Shown piece after piece: positions 48,875-62,516 of a stretch of 64,000 nucleotides of DNA. The DNA is from Kondoa subrosea (taxonomy: Eukaryota), in contig BCIN01000005.1 of the NCBI GenBank assembly GCA_039545335.1, positions 958,641 through 1,022,640 of the forward strand, in the 5' to 3' direction. The notes under the pieces were generated by a model. That model was not told where the DNA came from, made no database searches, and saw nothing but the letters and a program-made list of their open reading frames with translations. Numbering within the stretch: the first letter of the stretch is position 1; each line of letters begins with the position of its first letter. The position numbers and the translations under genes were made by a program.

Positions 48875-51800
48875 ATGTCTTCTACAGATTCAAGCTCTGC
48901 TCGTTTAGGGCGTCGTTCATCTTTCGAAGCACCTCCTAAGATGAGTTTGGGCGATCTTCCAGCTCCTTCTTTCAGCTCTGTTGCTGCTGGTCAACGTAGC
49001 GTTCCCGCTTTCGAAAAGCAAGCTATCTTTACCAATGGTACTCAGCAAGATGGTGGTGCACCTGTTTCGAGTGGTACTTTGACTCCTGGTGCTTCTGGTC
49101 CTTTAGGCCTGAACAACGATCCTTGGGCTATCAACTTTGGTGCAGAAAATCATGCTTCAGGTTTACCTAATCCTCTTTCTGCTTCTGAAAATTGGTCAAA
49201 CCGAGTCAAATCGGGCAATTGGGAAGAAGCAAATAGTCAAGCTGTTGGAAACGGTCGTAGAACCGCTACTGAGTCCTCGGATGATAAGCCAGCGGTAAGC
49301 ATGAAGCGCTACTTTGACCGATTACAGCGCTAAGAGCAGCGATCAGGTCTTGATACAGTCTGCATCAACTGGTCTTGCTCGTTCTTCATCCTACAGCGGA
49401 GATCTTCACAAACGTCGTGCAACTCAAGAAGGTGAAGTCGCTACTGAAGGTGCTTCTGGTTTGAAACGAACTGGATCGCAAAAAGAACGACATGCTTCTA
49501 ATCTTGGTTCATTGACTTCCGCTGAGCAGAACGTCGGCCAACCTGCCGTTCGATTCAACGAAGCCTCACTTGCTTCTGATGCTCCTGCTAATGCCAATGG
49601 TCTTGGTTATGGTGATTCTCAAAGTTCACCTAGACAGCAACGCGTCGCAAACGGATCTCGACTTGGTTCTACTGTCGGGTCAAGAGCTGCCAGTCCAGAA
49701 GTTGATCTTGTCTCTGGCATGCGCAATCTTGGATTTGGTCAAGATGCGGCTCAACAACAACAGCAGCCGCCTCAGCAACAACAAATGCCTCAGCAAGCTG
49801 TTAACGGATGGCCTCAAGGCGGTCTTAAGTCAAACAATGTCTTTGGTGCTCCTGATCAACTCTACTCTGCTTTCTATAGCGGTCCTTCTTTCGGTCAAAC
49901 TGCTTTCAACGGACTAGGGGGATATGCTGATCAATCCGCTTACCCAAACATGAACAATTTCCGTCGGGATTCAGGTTTCGCTTTACCTCCCTCAGCAAAC
50001 GATATGTACGGTTTGACTTCGCCTGTTCAACAACATCAGCAAATGCAACAGAATGGTGTGGGTGGAAACAATGGGTCGTTGAGGAGAGCGCAATCCGCTT
50101 GGCAAATGGATCAAGGTCTTAACCAACAGCAACATCAACCTCATTCCAGATCGCCTACTTATGCTTTCTCTGGTGGCATGTCAAGATCTTCTTCAGCTCA
50201 GTACGGGCCTTCTGGTACTGACCCCTCTTTCTACTCTGGTCAGTTCTTGTTTTACGATAAATTGTCCAATATCTTACAGATGTTACAGGCGGATTGAGCG
50301 GTGCCGGCGGATTCACTGGTTATCCTCCTTATGCTACCGGAATGGTCACCGCTAACGGAGCTTACGGCGATCCATACGGTGGAATGGTTGGTGGCATGCG
50401 CTACGAAGACAGAATGAGAGGCTTGCGCAGTCCTTTGCTTGAAGAGTTCAGAGCAAACAGACATCGTCGTTGGGATTTGACTGTGAGTGGTAGCCTTCAA
50501 GTCCATGAGAATGGTCTGGATCAATATCATTGTCACAGGATATCCGTGGCTACATTGTCGAATTCAGTAGCGATCAGCTTGGATCTCGTCATTTGCAGAC
50601 CAAGCTTGACAATGCTTCCTTCGAAGAGAGACAACTGTTAGTGCTCTGCCATTGTTCCGTGCTGTATGAGCTAACGCTGCTCCGGTGCTAGGTTCTTCGA
50701 TGAGATCTTGCCCAACATTCTGCAATTGTCTACTGATCTCTTCAGTAACTACGTGTAAGTGCTTTCTTGCGTCCATTTTGATATTGAGCTCACGGAAATT
50801 TCGCAGCGTTCAAAAAGCTTTCGAAATCGCCGACCACAGTCAGAAACTCGCTTTGGTCAAAGCAATGGAAGGTCACATCTTGCAGCTCTCGCTTCAGATG
50901 TACGGTTGCAGAGTCATTCAGAAAGCTATCGAACACGTCTTTGTTGATGAGCAAGTTGCTATCGTGAAAGAGCTGGAGGGCAACATCCTCAAATGCGCTC
51001 GAGATCAGGTGCGTGAACATTTCGCCAATGACTTTAGTCAGTGGTTGAGGAAAGTCCACACGTGCAGAATGCCAATCATGTCCTTCAACGTATTCTGGAA
51101 CGAGTACCGGCCGACCGCATTCGCTGCATTCCAGAAGCTTGCGAAGGTCAGATATACGCTTTGGCTACTCATCCCTACGGTTGCCGTGTTCTGCAACGTA
51201 TCTTGGAGAATCTTTCCGAAGTTCGAACTTTGATTGATGAATTGCTCAAATATACTCAGAATCTGGTGAGAGTAATTGCGTGCGTTAAATGATGTGTACT
51301 GACATGCAAGCCTAGATGCAAGATCAGTACAGCAATTATGTCATCCAGCATTTGCTCGAACGTGGTACAACTGCCGATCGATCAGCTATCATTTCTCATG
51401 TTCGCGGTCAATTGGTTTCCCTCTCTCGTCACAAGTTTGCCAGTAATGTTATCGATAAGGTCATCCTTTGTAAGCACTTGAGCTGTCTTCCAGGCCTTGA
51501 GCTTATATATTCGAATAGGCGCAAGCGAAGAAGAACGTCGATCACTCACTGATGAGATCTTGTACGATACCGCAAATATCAGTATCATGTTGAAGGATCA
51601 AGTGAGCACATATGTTCTACCTAGTAGAAAGCGGACTGACCTGCTCTTAGTACGCCAACTACTGTTTGCAAAAGTTCATGCTTGGTCAGTAAACATTGCA
51701 CTCTAGAGATACGTTAGCTGATGTGAGCATAACGCAGTTGTGCAAGGGTAAGCCGTATGCGCATCGTGCTCATCCTCTGCTAATTTGCCTTGTAGACCTC

Positions 51801-52025
51801 AACGTGAACCTCTCATCAGCAGAGTTGCTGAAGCTTTGTTGCAAATCCGCAAGTACTCTGGCTCTTACTCCAAGCATTTGAGTAAGTCCTCCGCAAACTG
51901 ACCTCGAATATAGTGGTTAAGATTTTCCTCTAGTGGCTATTGAAAGATTCATCTCAGCCGAACGTTCGCTTGGTTGGGATGCTCAAGAGCCTACGATCAA
52001 GCAACAACCAGTTCCTTTCTATTAA
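48875..52025 (+). CDS. Pumilio/Puf3-type RNA-binding protein (8 PUF repeats)
   Basis: RSPLLEEFR, DQLGSRHLQ, FSNYVVQ, YGCRVIQ, NANHVLQ, YGCRVLQ, YSNYVIQ, FASNVID, YANYCLQ; low-complexity Q/N/S N-terminus. Confidence 0.93.
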
Positions 52026-52341
52026 ATCATTAATCCTCGGCTCTTGGAATACTCAAAAACAAAAACTAGAATTCTGTACTCGTTTGTCTCAAGCTCTTTT
52101 TAGCCAATATCCAAGCATCAAGGTTATTCGGTCTGTGTGAAGAATAGATTGCATTGGGTTTGGGAGGTTCAGGCATCGCTTGGCCTTGGAAAAAAATGTT
52201 GTGATATCTGGCTCGACTTTCAGTTCGGAACGAAATAAAGATAAGAAAGTCGCATAGAATGAATGTGTAGTGAAATGGACACGTAATGCATTGGACTATT
52301 GCGCCTCCGCTCGAGATTGATACATTTATATCGTCATTTTG

Positions 52342-55057
52342 CTATAGCAACCAGAGTTTGTCCGTGGCCTGCATCTCTCCTGCAGAAGTACTCCAATTCT
52401 CCACCTGAATGGAAAAATAAGCAACGAATGATATGAGTACGGCACACAGCGCACCAATTTCCCTCAGATAGTCATAGCTATTTAGAAACAGAAATTTAGC
52501 AGGGGCCACCATAGTTCTTGACAACTGCTTACTCTTCGATTCCAAAAGCTCGTTTAGCGTCTCTGGCGAAGGCAGCCTGTGATACAAGTCAGCATTTGAC
52601 ACATGCTAAATGGAACAAAGCGCACCAATACATAGCCCCTGTTACCAACTTCCGCAACGGATACAAGGATAGCTGATGCATACGCTACATCTTGAGAAGA
52701 GGGAAATTTCTCATCTTCCATGTCTCTGGCGTCGGGATTCTTCCGCAAGATTTAGCAACTCGGGGGCTTATGTCTGACGCGAGAATTTACCTGGTAAAGC
52801 AAACCGCCTTCTGGTGCTCTCAGCGCCTTCTGATGCAAGGTGGGATCGAAAGTTGGAACCGGATTAGGCATACCGGTTGCTGCAAGCAGATCAAGTGACA
52901 TCGCTGTCTGGCCGTCTTCGCTCATATTGAGAGCTATGAGATAGACCAGAGGCAGAGCAAGCGTCTTGGCGATCATACGGGTGGCTAAGCGGAAAGTGTC
53001 GGCATCTGTCTGTTCTGCTGCTGCGCCTTCTGTAGTTGCCATCATGTCCAATTCCAGTTCGCTATCGCTGACCGACCGGTGGTCGTCTTCCTCTTCCCAA
53101 TAAGGTATGATGTCGCCCACAGCTGATGTTTGTTGAGCAGCAGGTAGAGGTATTGTATCAGGAAGTTCAGATGCTGGAGATTTCGATTGCGGACTTGCAG
53201 GAGGCACCTGTCGCTTAGGACCGCTAGACTTCTTGTGATTAACAGGCTTGCTATAGGTATTGCTCTTTCTAGCTTCTGCTTGAGTATGAAATTGATCTAT
53301 CTGTTTTTGCATGAGTTGAGTCTTCTGTGCCAACCGTAGGCGATGCCAATTGGCGATCTCTTTGCGAGCTAGTTCTCCCAGACGTTGAAGTTTACGTCGG
53401 TCTTCCTCACTGCCTAGCTCATCAGCTTTGTAAATCAACAGGTTTTTTTTTTGGCTTACGAGAAGACGGTACGAGGCTTCACATCAATGATGCATAAGGT
53501 GCCGATTGGGAGCGCCTCTTCGTCTTCGCTCAAAACATCGGCGTATAATGGAACGCCAGCGTAGAACTGCCAGACGTTTCAGCTTGTACTAAAAAGTCAA
53601 GTAATTCAACCTACGCTTGCGTGCATACCAGTCTATCGAGCACTTTCATCTAGATGTACATGAGACATTGAAAGCAGGACTCACGGTGACAGGATTATTG
53701 GCGAATCGCCAATCCTTTGTCTGAACGAAAGATCAGCTTTGCAAATGCACTTACTTCTAAACTGACTAGATCTAGAGCCACTACGCCGGCTTCCGAGGAG
53801 AGCAAAGTATGACCACAGAAATTGATATCGCGCGGTCTGCCAAAATCAGATGGCTCTTGAGCCTTGATCGAGCGACTCACAATGACTTCAACCCAGTACC
53901 AGTTTCCGCAAGGTAAACTCTGCGATTACACATCAGCTGATTGTTCTTCGAGAAATCCTGATTAGCTCACACTGAATCGCCATCTACTACTGTAATCATG
54001 CTGGTGTATGTGCCGACTGAAACCATCTCAGCCTTATTCGGCACCTGTAAGTCCACACTCACAAGTCTTGCGCGCGTATGTGACTATCTTCTTGAAAGCA
54101 GGATGGCCTGAACAAGATACTGTCAGCGTAAGATGAAGATTCATTAATAGAATCCCACCATCTAAAGTTGGCGACACATAATCGCTCTCCTTCGTGAGCT
54201 GTAGATCTTCTTCGGTGTATGGTATAGCATCCTCTTCTGTCGTAACATTGTTTGAAGGTAAAACGTAATTTGAAGGTTTGATTTTGGCCGAGGCTGGAGG
54301 TCCATGTTTGCCATAAATGTCCAGTCGATTCAAAGCCAACTGTCTTCGACCTTCGTCGTCTCCCTTTGGTGCAAGGTAGACTTGTTTTTCATAGACGCTC
54401 AATTCTGGGTTCTCTTCGCCTTGTTCTTCCCTTTCTTTCCGAATTTCAATTGTCCTTTGACGTTTCAATTCATTGACTGAGGGAGGAAGAGGAGGGTTGT
54501 TTATGTCTATGAGCCGATTGCGGTAGGCGTCACTTTGAGGAAAGAATTAGTTATATGCACGAAACAATGTCATGGTTCACTAACTTGTATTCTTTCCAAT
54601 TAGTGAAAGGTAATTGATCTTTCGGGGTATCAGCACTATAGATCCACTTCTGTTTTGGTCTTGCAGGTTTGTAACCAGCCGAAGATGTTTTGCGTGCTGG
54701 AGTAGTACTACTAGTAGGTGCTTTGGCTTGCTGTTGCTTTTGAGCCATGACAGGCGCCTTGAGCTCATGTTGCTGATCTTCGTAGACATCTGGAGCACAG
54801 CAAAAGATCTGCTTGAAGAGCGAAGGTTTCTTTGATTTTGGAAGTTTTACCGATTGATGTTGATTATGTGATTTCTCGCTTGATGCCAACGGCGATTTCT
54901 GGCTTGTTGCAGCTGAATTAGTGATTGGAGGTAGTGCAGGACTTGGAATTCTGTTGACAGGTCTTCTACGACTTGTTTCGCCAGAATGACCGACAAAACG
55001 AAAATCACCTAGTCCAACACCATGTAGCGAAGGAGCCGTGCTTGGATCTTGAGCCAT
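52342..55057 (-). CDS. GAF-domain protein
   Basis: RRQLALNRLDI, FCGHTLLS, DWRFANNP, FYAGVPL, PIGTLCIIDVKPR; many introns; 3' end approximate. Confidence 0.8.
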
Positions 55058-55312
55058 TGGTTTGGGACATAGAACAGAATGTCTGGCGCGTGGTGGTCAG
55101 TGTTCCGGGATCAGCAGGGAGCCAAGCAATCTAGTTGTGATGCTAATTCGATAATTTTCGGCAATCAATGCTATGGAGTTTGGAGAAAAACATGATCGAC
55201 AAGTGGGTCCTTTCAGACTAAGGACGGAGAGACTGCAAAGAGCGAGCTAGTAACATGAGGCATAAGAGCTAGAGAGTTCTGTTTTCGACTCTTTTCTAAA
55301 TTGAGAACTGTC

Positions 55313-56687
55313 TCAATATCTTGGTTTGTTGGCCCGTCTAGCACTCAGCGCCTCGAGATTCCGTCGCCGTTTGGCGCTCGCAGATGCTTCAGGTCTTGAA
55401 ACTGATCGCGGCGGAGTGCTTGCTTCCGAAACCGCCGATTCTTCTTCCTCTTCGTCTTCTGGTTCGGAAGCGGTAGCTGTCGATTCTTCCACTGCATACT
55501 CGCTTTCGTGATCGGTGCTCTCGTACGCGTCGAGATTTGCTGGTTCTTGAGGAGAATCTTGCGTTTCATGACTGCGAGCATATCGATGTCTAATCTAATG
55601 TGATCAAACGCAAACTGACCTGTCATACACTTGCTGCTCTGCTTGCGGATTCATTCGCCTCCAGTCCGTCGCTAATTGGACCAATTTGTCCCAACTGTCC
55701 ACTCTTGCTAAGCTTTAATTAGGCGATTCAAGGGAAACCTTACGCATCATCAAAGCATAATAATCCACCTCGAAGGATATCGTCTGACTCAGCTGATGTC
55801 CTGCAATTGGGACAAGCAAGTTCCACATTCTCGTTGCCTTCCAATTCTTTCAAACAACCCAAACAAAGGTAATGACCACATCTGAAAAGCGCAGCAGCTT
55901 TCAAAGCGACCTCGTCCAAGCAGACTGGACATTCTATTTGATCTTTCTCGACGTCCGTAAGTGTTCTAAAGCATCATCAATTACCGCAGTAGACTAGGTG
56001 AGGACAATGTACCTTTCAATAGTATGCGCAAGCCGATCCAGAAGCTTCATCTCGTGTCAGCCGTGTAAGGGTCAGGAGAAGAGGGCTCACAGTAGCTTGA
56101 TCCCTTTCTCGTGCTGCTAGCTCTGGTACAGAATTATTGTTTCGCTGTAGTCTGGAGATTTTCTCGTTTTGCTGGAAGAAGATCAGCTTTTGAATGTCAC
56201 AATCACAGAACTCACCTCTTGCATGACTCTAGAGTTCCGCTGACGATGTCGCGCAAAGCTAATCTCAGATGAGCTATCAATCGCAGCAGGTGTGAAGTCC
56301 AAGCTCACTCCTCTTGCACTGAATACAGACGATCCGTAACCTTCTGGTCCTGTAATATCTTGTGAGCAGAGGTCATACAAACCTAGTAGCAGCTCACGTT
56401 AATCGACAATTCCCTATTATGCCGCGTAACATTGAGCATTTTCTTGCTTGTTACCAATGCTGACTTGCCTGTTCTCAGCTTTGACCTCCTTCAGCTCGTC
56501 CTTGAGCAGTTTGTTAGCCTTGCGCAACTCCTTCAATTCCTGTAGCTGCATGTTATTCTCGACTTCTTCAAATCCGTTTGCGAATGCTTGCCCTTTGCAC
56601 TGCATCTTCGCGCTCCTCCTCCTCCTCCGGGCTAGCTATTCTCAATCTCTTTGTCGGGCTGCTCGGGCTCTTGCTCTGATTGGGCAT
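55313..56687 (-). CDS. Coiled-coil plus C3HC4 RING finger protein
   Basis: EREDAVQR|LQELKELRK (GC-AG intron 56546-56591); ECPVCLD...RCGHYLCLGCL...ACPNCR. Confidence 0.85.
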
Positions 56688-57053
56688 GCGTGATCGATTG
56701 TTGAAAAGGGCTCTCACCAGAGATCTGGCAGAAGTTGCATTAAAAGCCTTGCTCTACCTCTTACCTATCAGATCAAACCTTAGAGCTTGCAGCGAAGCTT
56801 GCGTAAACTCGCTTCGACCAATCTACTGTTGCAAACAAGAAACTTGTATGAATCGTCGCTGCCCGTGTACTGTAAACTCTGCCGCTAGTCTGATTAACAG
56901 CTGATGTACTCTACCTCTGTCCTACACCTTTGTGGCTCGCTATGACGCGTTCTCTCGTGTATATCCGCGCGCCGAGCCGAGGCCTTAAAGCGGGGAAAGA
57001 TTTGCATTATTGTCGCTCTCCCTCTCTCTCCTCTTTCCACCACCTTCAAAGAC

Positions 57054-58060
57054 ATGGCATTCAACTTCCGCGCAAAGATTGGACTCGAACCTTCCAAACC
57101 ATCTCTCCAAGAGAGTGCTCTAATTGTCATTGATGCGCAGAAGGAGGTGGGGTCATCAATACATCTCGCGCAATCACTTTCTGATGAGACGTTCACACAG
57201 TACGGGCCAGAAGGCTCACTACCTGTAGACGATGTAGAAAAGTCAAGCAAAGTGATAGCCGAAACTGTTGAGAAATATAGGCAAGCCAAGGCTCCAGTCA
57301 TCTGGATTCAGCACAATGTGAGTGTATTAAAATCAGCTGATGTTCACCCAGTGCTGAAGTGTGTCATCCCTTCAGACCGCTGCTGGAGCCCCTGTCTTGT
57401 TAGTAGTGTTCATCACCACATGCGTACAAATTAAGTGTCCAAGAACAGTGATCCTGAAGGTCAAATGGTTGCTAATCTACCTGGCTTGGAGATCAAAGAC
57501 GGAGAGAAGGTGATAAGACATTGTTGTCTGCGAAGCATGTCATTGATTGAAACTCCAGGTCATCACAAAACACGCCTTCAGTGCTTTCACTGTATATATT
57601 CCGCTCTTTTGGCAGCAACCAAACTCATCTTCTTGATCAGGGAACCGATTTGGATGATACTCTGAAAAAGCTAGGCAAGAAACAAATCGTATTGACAGGC
57701 TATCAATCCCGTATGGTCTTTGCTTTCCTCAGTAATGATTTCGCTGATCTTTGGGCAGATGTTTGTGTCACTGGGACTGCAAGAAGCGGATTTGAGAATG
57801 GCTACGACACTTTGATCGTCCAAGACGGTATTGGCGATAGACCGATCCATCAAGCTGACGGGAGCGGAGCAAGTTCTCCTACTCTTTGTAGAGAGATTCG
57901 ATACTGACTTCTGCTTCAGAGTATCTCTGGAGCCGATCTAACGCGTACTGTGATCGCCGAATTGAGGGATGCTGTTGGCAGTGAGTTTTATGTACTCGTG
58001 TCTTCTATCTTCTCATCCATTATATTAGCGATCATTCAATCCTCTGATATTACTGCTTGA
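57054..58060 (+). CDS. Isochorismatase-like cysteine hydrolase
   Basis: SALIVIDAQKE|Y, PVIWIQH, ITKHAFSAFT|GTDL, LTGYQSH|VCVTGTAR, IVQDGIGDR. Confidence 0.9.
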
Positions 58061-58245
58061 CCTCGAGTATACAATGCAAGTGTATCATTATGCAATGTCT
58101 AAATTATCAAACTACATCATGACCTAGATACTCCCGGTGCCAGTGAGACTTCGTGCCAGACAAGGTGATCATCTCGACGCTAGCTGATTGCTCTCTTAAT
58201 GCCGTTTGATGTAGACCTCCAGAACATCCCGGGGCCCTTCTTCGA

Positions 58246-60127
58246 TCACTTAGTTTGCCCTTCTTTCTCTACGATTCGTTCCAAGATCATTTCTATACTA
58301 CCAAGCTCCATCAGAGATGCCGTAGGTGCGCTAACTTGCCATTCGCTGAGCTGTTTTCGTAGGGGTGCGAAGAAGGATATCTCCAGGTCTGCTTGTAAAG
58401 AACTGCTCCGTAGATAGGTCTGCTACAGAATCAGCAGGAGGCTATATGGATGGGCTGAAGCTGACCCTCTCATCTTTGTCAACGCAGAGAATAAAGTAGT
58501 AAAGGTTCAAGATTTGTACGAGAAGAGATGCTGGAAAGTCTCCGATCGACACAGCTTCTGTGATAGTGAAAGAATGTAGTACGGGTAGGAGGAATTCATC
58601 AAGCAATACCGGTGTTCGAAAGATGGACTGAGCTTGAACGATCAGCTTCATGTTTTGCGAGAACTCTGACAACGCACAGGTCTGGCAAGGGCAAATTTCA
58701 TTCCGACTACTTCTCTTAGCAAGCCAATAGCAGTCGCCTTGAGTGCTTCCGATGGTCCACCAAAGATCAATTCTTTCAACAAGATCAATTGCAGATCCTC
58801 TTCGTCCGCGCAATAGTCTTTGACCAAACGAGAGATGAGTTTGAAGGATACTAGCCGAACATCAGGATCTGAAGAGAAAGCTGCCAGTCCAGATAATCTT
58901 TCCATTAGCAGAAAGAGCTTTGATTCGTCTATTGCTTTATCTGCTGCGAGTTGAGTGAAATGATCGACGAAAGAAGATGTCCAATATAGAGATGGATCAC
59001 ATGTTACAGAAGAAGGAGTGAGATAGGCTAAAGTCAAGCCAAAGCTTTTGTCAAAGGTTTGAGTGGAGCTGAAAAAGAGCGGATCGGCTTGCGAGTCTTG
59101 CAATATAATGCAGAGAAGATTGTAAGCGCCTTGTTTGATTTCCGAACTGCTGTGGTAGTCGTTTGCTGCTTCTTGGTCATCTGCTTCCTCTGATACTTTA
59201 TGTGTCGCATGAAGTTGAGCGTAGAGCTGTGTTGTATCAAGCTTCAAGGCCGCCGCAGTATTCTAATATATGATGAGAGCTCTGGAGTACGACGCCAGGG
59301 CTGACTCACTTGAAGCTGTTGGAAGAGCTCCTTTGAACTATCGGCTTCTTGTAAAGCTTGTAGATTTGGGTGAGCTAAGGTAGGGTAATTGCTTCGTAGC
59401 CAGGCTGCCGATAGAGATATTGGTACTCCAACAGTTGCCAAAATGGACAACAGCAGAGATTTGACCGCTTCGACAGCTGAAGTTTGCTCTCCCAGAGTCA
59501 AAGTAGAGACCGCATTGTGTACGGTAGTGACAAAAGAGCAGACAGCAAGCAGTATTTGTGTTCTAATCTCCTTTGATGAGGAGGACTTTGCTGCTATAGC
59601 AGGTTGCAGACGCATTCGAAAATCACTGATGAAGTTCGCCGGTTTCTTTGACTTTATACGTTTGAGGACTACAATTCAATGAGAAGAGTAAGATTAGGTG
59701 AAAGAGCAGCGAAACCTTTGGCAGTCATGCGGATCAAGACACAAATCTCTTCAGCATCATCTAATTGATTGCCGTCTCCTTCTTCCGGTTTTTCTTCTTC
59801 GCCTATTGAGGAAAGAGCAGATAAGCGCTCGCATATAGCCAGGAACAATTCTCTAGGGCTGGACGTCTTCAAAGTGATCCACTCGAGCACTTCTTTAGCA
59901 GACTCGCGCACCTGCGGAAGAGCTACGAGAGGCGAGACCAGAGGAAAGACATCGAAAGCTAGCTGATCTGAGGTCTCATCATCTGGCTGCAGATTTGCTA
60001 AAGTCTTGGAGAGCTTGGTTAACGAAACTTGAGCAGATTCCCCGTCAGCAGTGAGATTGGCCAAAAGCTCCTTTAGGTTTGGGCTGGTGATGTTTTCGCT
60101 TGAGTTGTCAATCAGAGATGCTTGCAT
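58246..60127 (-). CDS. YAP1-binding/ALF4/glomulin-family helical protein
   Basis: SSPRELFLAICERL, SSDPDVRLVSFKLI, LKATAIGLLRE, QILNLYYFIL; family assignment from recalled motifs. Confidence 0.65.
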
Positions 60128-60249
60128 TTCCAGTGGACAGGTCGACGTCGAGAACAACAGGCGATTATGTAATCAGGGCATTCACAAATCTATGAAAACG
60201 TAGCGAAGGTACCATGTCTATGTAAAACATTCGTGTATACTCTATTTCG

Positions 60250-61468
60250 TTCCTCCGTGTTGGTGCAGGTTTTCCTAAAGTCAAAGAAAGTTTAGTCCGT
60301 TTCTCGAGATAGTATCAGTCAGGCTACTCACGGCTTCCTTACGCTTCTCTTTGACGTTCAAAGACTTCATGTACTCGTCGTAGCTCTGAAAATAAAACCT
60401 TCAGCAGTGTGATGTAATGCTAACTGAATGAGCTTACTTTAATTAATTGCTCGAAGGAAGTGCCGTTCGCATCTTTCGTGTGAGGATAGTAAGCTCTCCA
60501 GCTCGAGGGGAGTTTGCCGCTCTTATCCCACGTGGGATATGCTGAGATGCTACCGATGCCAAACTTCCACATATTGTCAAATTGATCAATGTCATGGGAA
60601 GTCATTCGAATAACGGGAGCATGAATGGGATAGCTACAGATCAAGCATGAGTGCCGCAGTGAAACGAACAAGTCTTTGACGCCGACGTACAATCTTTGCA
60701 AATGATCGAAGAGATTCAAGCGGCCTAAGCGAGAGCTCAAGGCTTCACAAAGTCTCTGTAGATCAGAGTACAATCAGAGACAGAAGTTTGGATAGCTTCC
60801 AACATACCGTCCTCGTGCAACTGCGCAGAAAGCTCTCGCGGCAACTGACGCCTATGAGTGGTGTAGAAAGATGTGTCAATATGATGAACAAATTCGCGAG
60901 CATGTCGACCGATGTCCCGCGGGTCGAATCCAACGCTTTGTCCCGTGCGAAAAGATGTCTGTGGATTATTCAACTTGATGACAAGATAGTAGTGATTGTG
61001 ATGATAAGGGTGAAGATGCGTTAGTCTTATGTTGTGCATGTCTTCGATATGCCTTTCTTCTTCTCCTTGCTCCATTGCCATAATTAATTCACTGGGAACG
61101 TCATCGTGGAAGTAAATGTGTAGAACAGGACCCTGTGATCCACGCAACATCAGTTACGCACAGCATACATAGAACAAGAGTGCATACTTTTTTGTTGTCA
61201 GCAAAGCGGACCGCAAGCCATAGTCCTCTCTCGTGATAGATCTCGTCAGCCCATACTTCGAAATGCAGGTTGTATAGATTCCAGAGATCGGTCAGACGAA
61301 TCAGATCTTGCGAGACGGGTTTCGGAAAGTTCCTGAAAGTTGCTGTATGTGAATCTTCAGCTATTACTTCTTAGCAGTAGTATCATTGAATTTACTTTGC
61401 GATTCCATCACCACGTGGGGATATGCGAAGACAAAGCCTGCACTTGAGTTACTGTGTAGTCCTGACAT
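60250..61468 (-). CDS. Hypothetical multi-exon protein (3' end approximate)
   Basis: MSGLHSNSS...TAKK|NFPKPVSQDLIRL...DNKK|GPVLHIYFHDD... joined in frame by GT-AG introns. Confidence 0.6.
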
Positions 61469-61838
61469 TGATATCGGGCTGAACGTTAAAAAGAAGAAGA
61501 AGAAGCAAGAGTCCGTTTGATAAGCAATGCCAAGCTGCTGAGATTGAATCAACAAATGAAGAACACGGCTGAAGGGGATAGAAAAGACAGAGAAACGGAT
61601 GGAGAAAGAGAGAGAGAGAAAAGAAAAGAAGAGAGACGAGAGCGAGAAGATTCACTCTGTAAGTCTATAACCCGAGATTTCATCACAAAGGGATTGGCAG
61701 AAATGGCAAAATTAGCACTTTGCGAGAGCTGGACTATTCTTCTCGTTCTTGTCGAGTGGGTTGAAGGTTGCATGCGAGTCCGCATATGCTCGTTACCTAA
61801 AGAAAGCCAAATTGAGTCTTCTTGATCTCAAACGATTC

Positions 61839-62320
61839 ATGAGCGCCGCAGATGGCTCAGAGCCAGCCGCAGCAGCAAAGGTCAATCAACAGCCCTACCT
61901 TGCAGTCTATTGACTTACATTGTTGAGACAGACTGGTTCTCCCTCAGATTTCTTGAAAGCGGTCGTCGGAGAGGCTGTGATTGTGAGACTCAACTCAGGC
62001 GTGGATTACAGAGGTACGTGCGGGATACAGGCACTCAGCTTCGCGCTGATGTTGTATTTCTCGCCGTACAGGAATATTGACTTGCCTGGATGTCAGCTCG
62101 GAATTGTCTTTTGCTCTGAAAGTTCCTACTGACTCATCTTATTAAGGGCTACATGAACATCGCTATGGAAAACACTGAAGAGCTGGTCAATGGAGTACCT
62201 AAGAACACTTTTGGTGATGCTTTCATTCGAGGCAACAACGGTTCGTCAGAGGTTTCATCATATGCTAGTAGTATATTCTAAAGCCGTAGGAGAACAGTGC
62301 TCTATATCTCGCGGCTGTGA
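61839..62320 (+). CDS. LSM6: U6 snRNA-associated Sm-like protein Lsm6
   Basis: SPSDFLKAVVG..VIVRLNSGVDYR|GILTCLD|GYMNIAME..GDAFIRGNN|VLYISRL*. Confidence 0.95.
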
Positions 62321-62516
62321 AAAGCAACAAGCGAAGCAACCGACTATGTACAGGATTCTGGGTTGGTGCAGGCAAATCTCTTCGCATGCAATTGATGATC
62401 TATAACTGCATGGGCAGCTGAATTTGTTTATGACGCGTGCTTCAGAACTACCTTGCACCGCCCAGCTTGATATTTGACTCCTTGAATTTGTCAATGCAGC
62501 TTGCCGATCGTCTACC

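Noticed and set aside
53443..53452. T10 run inside the GAF gene as a possible slippage site
   Set aside because: It lies within a GTAAGC..CAG intron.
56546..56591. Apparent +1 frameshift at the start of the RING-HC gene
   Set aside because: Fully explained by a 46-nt GC-AG intron giving a continuous coiled coil.
62309..62320. Lsm6 ends in SRL, a PTS1-like tripeptide
   Set aside because: It directly follows the last Sm-fold strand (VLYIS) and is likely buried in the Lsm ring; probably coincidental.
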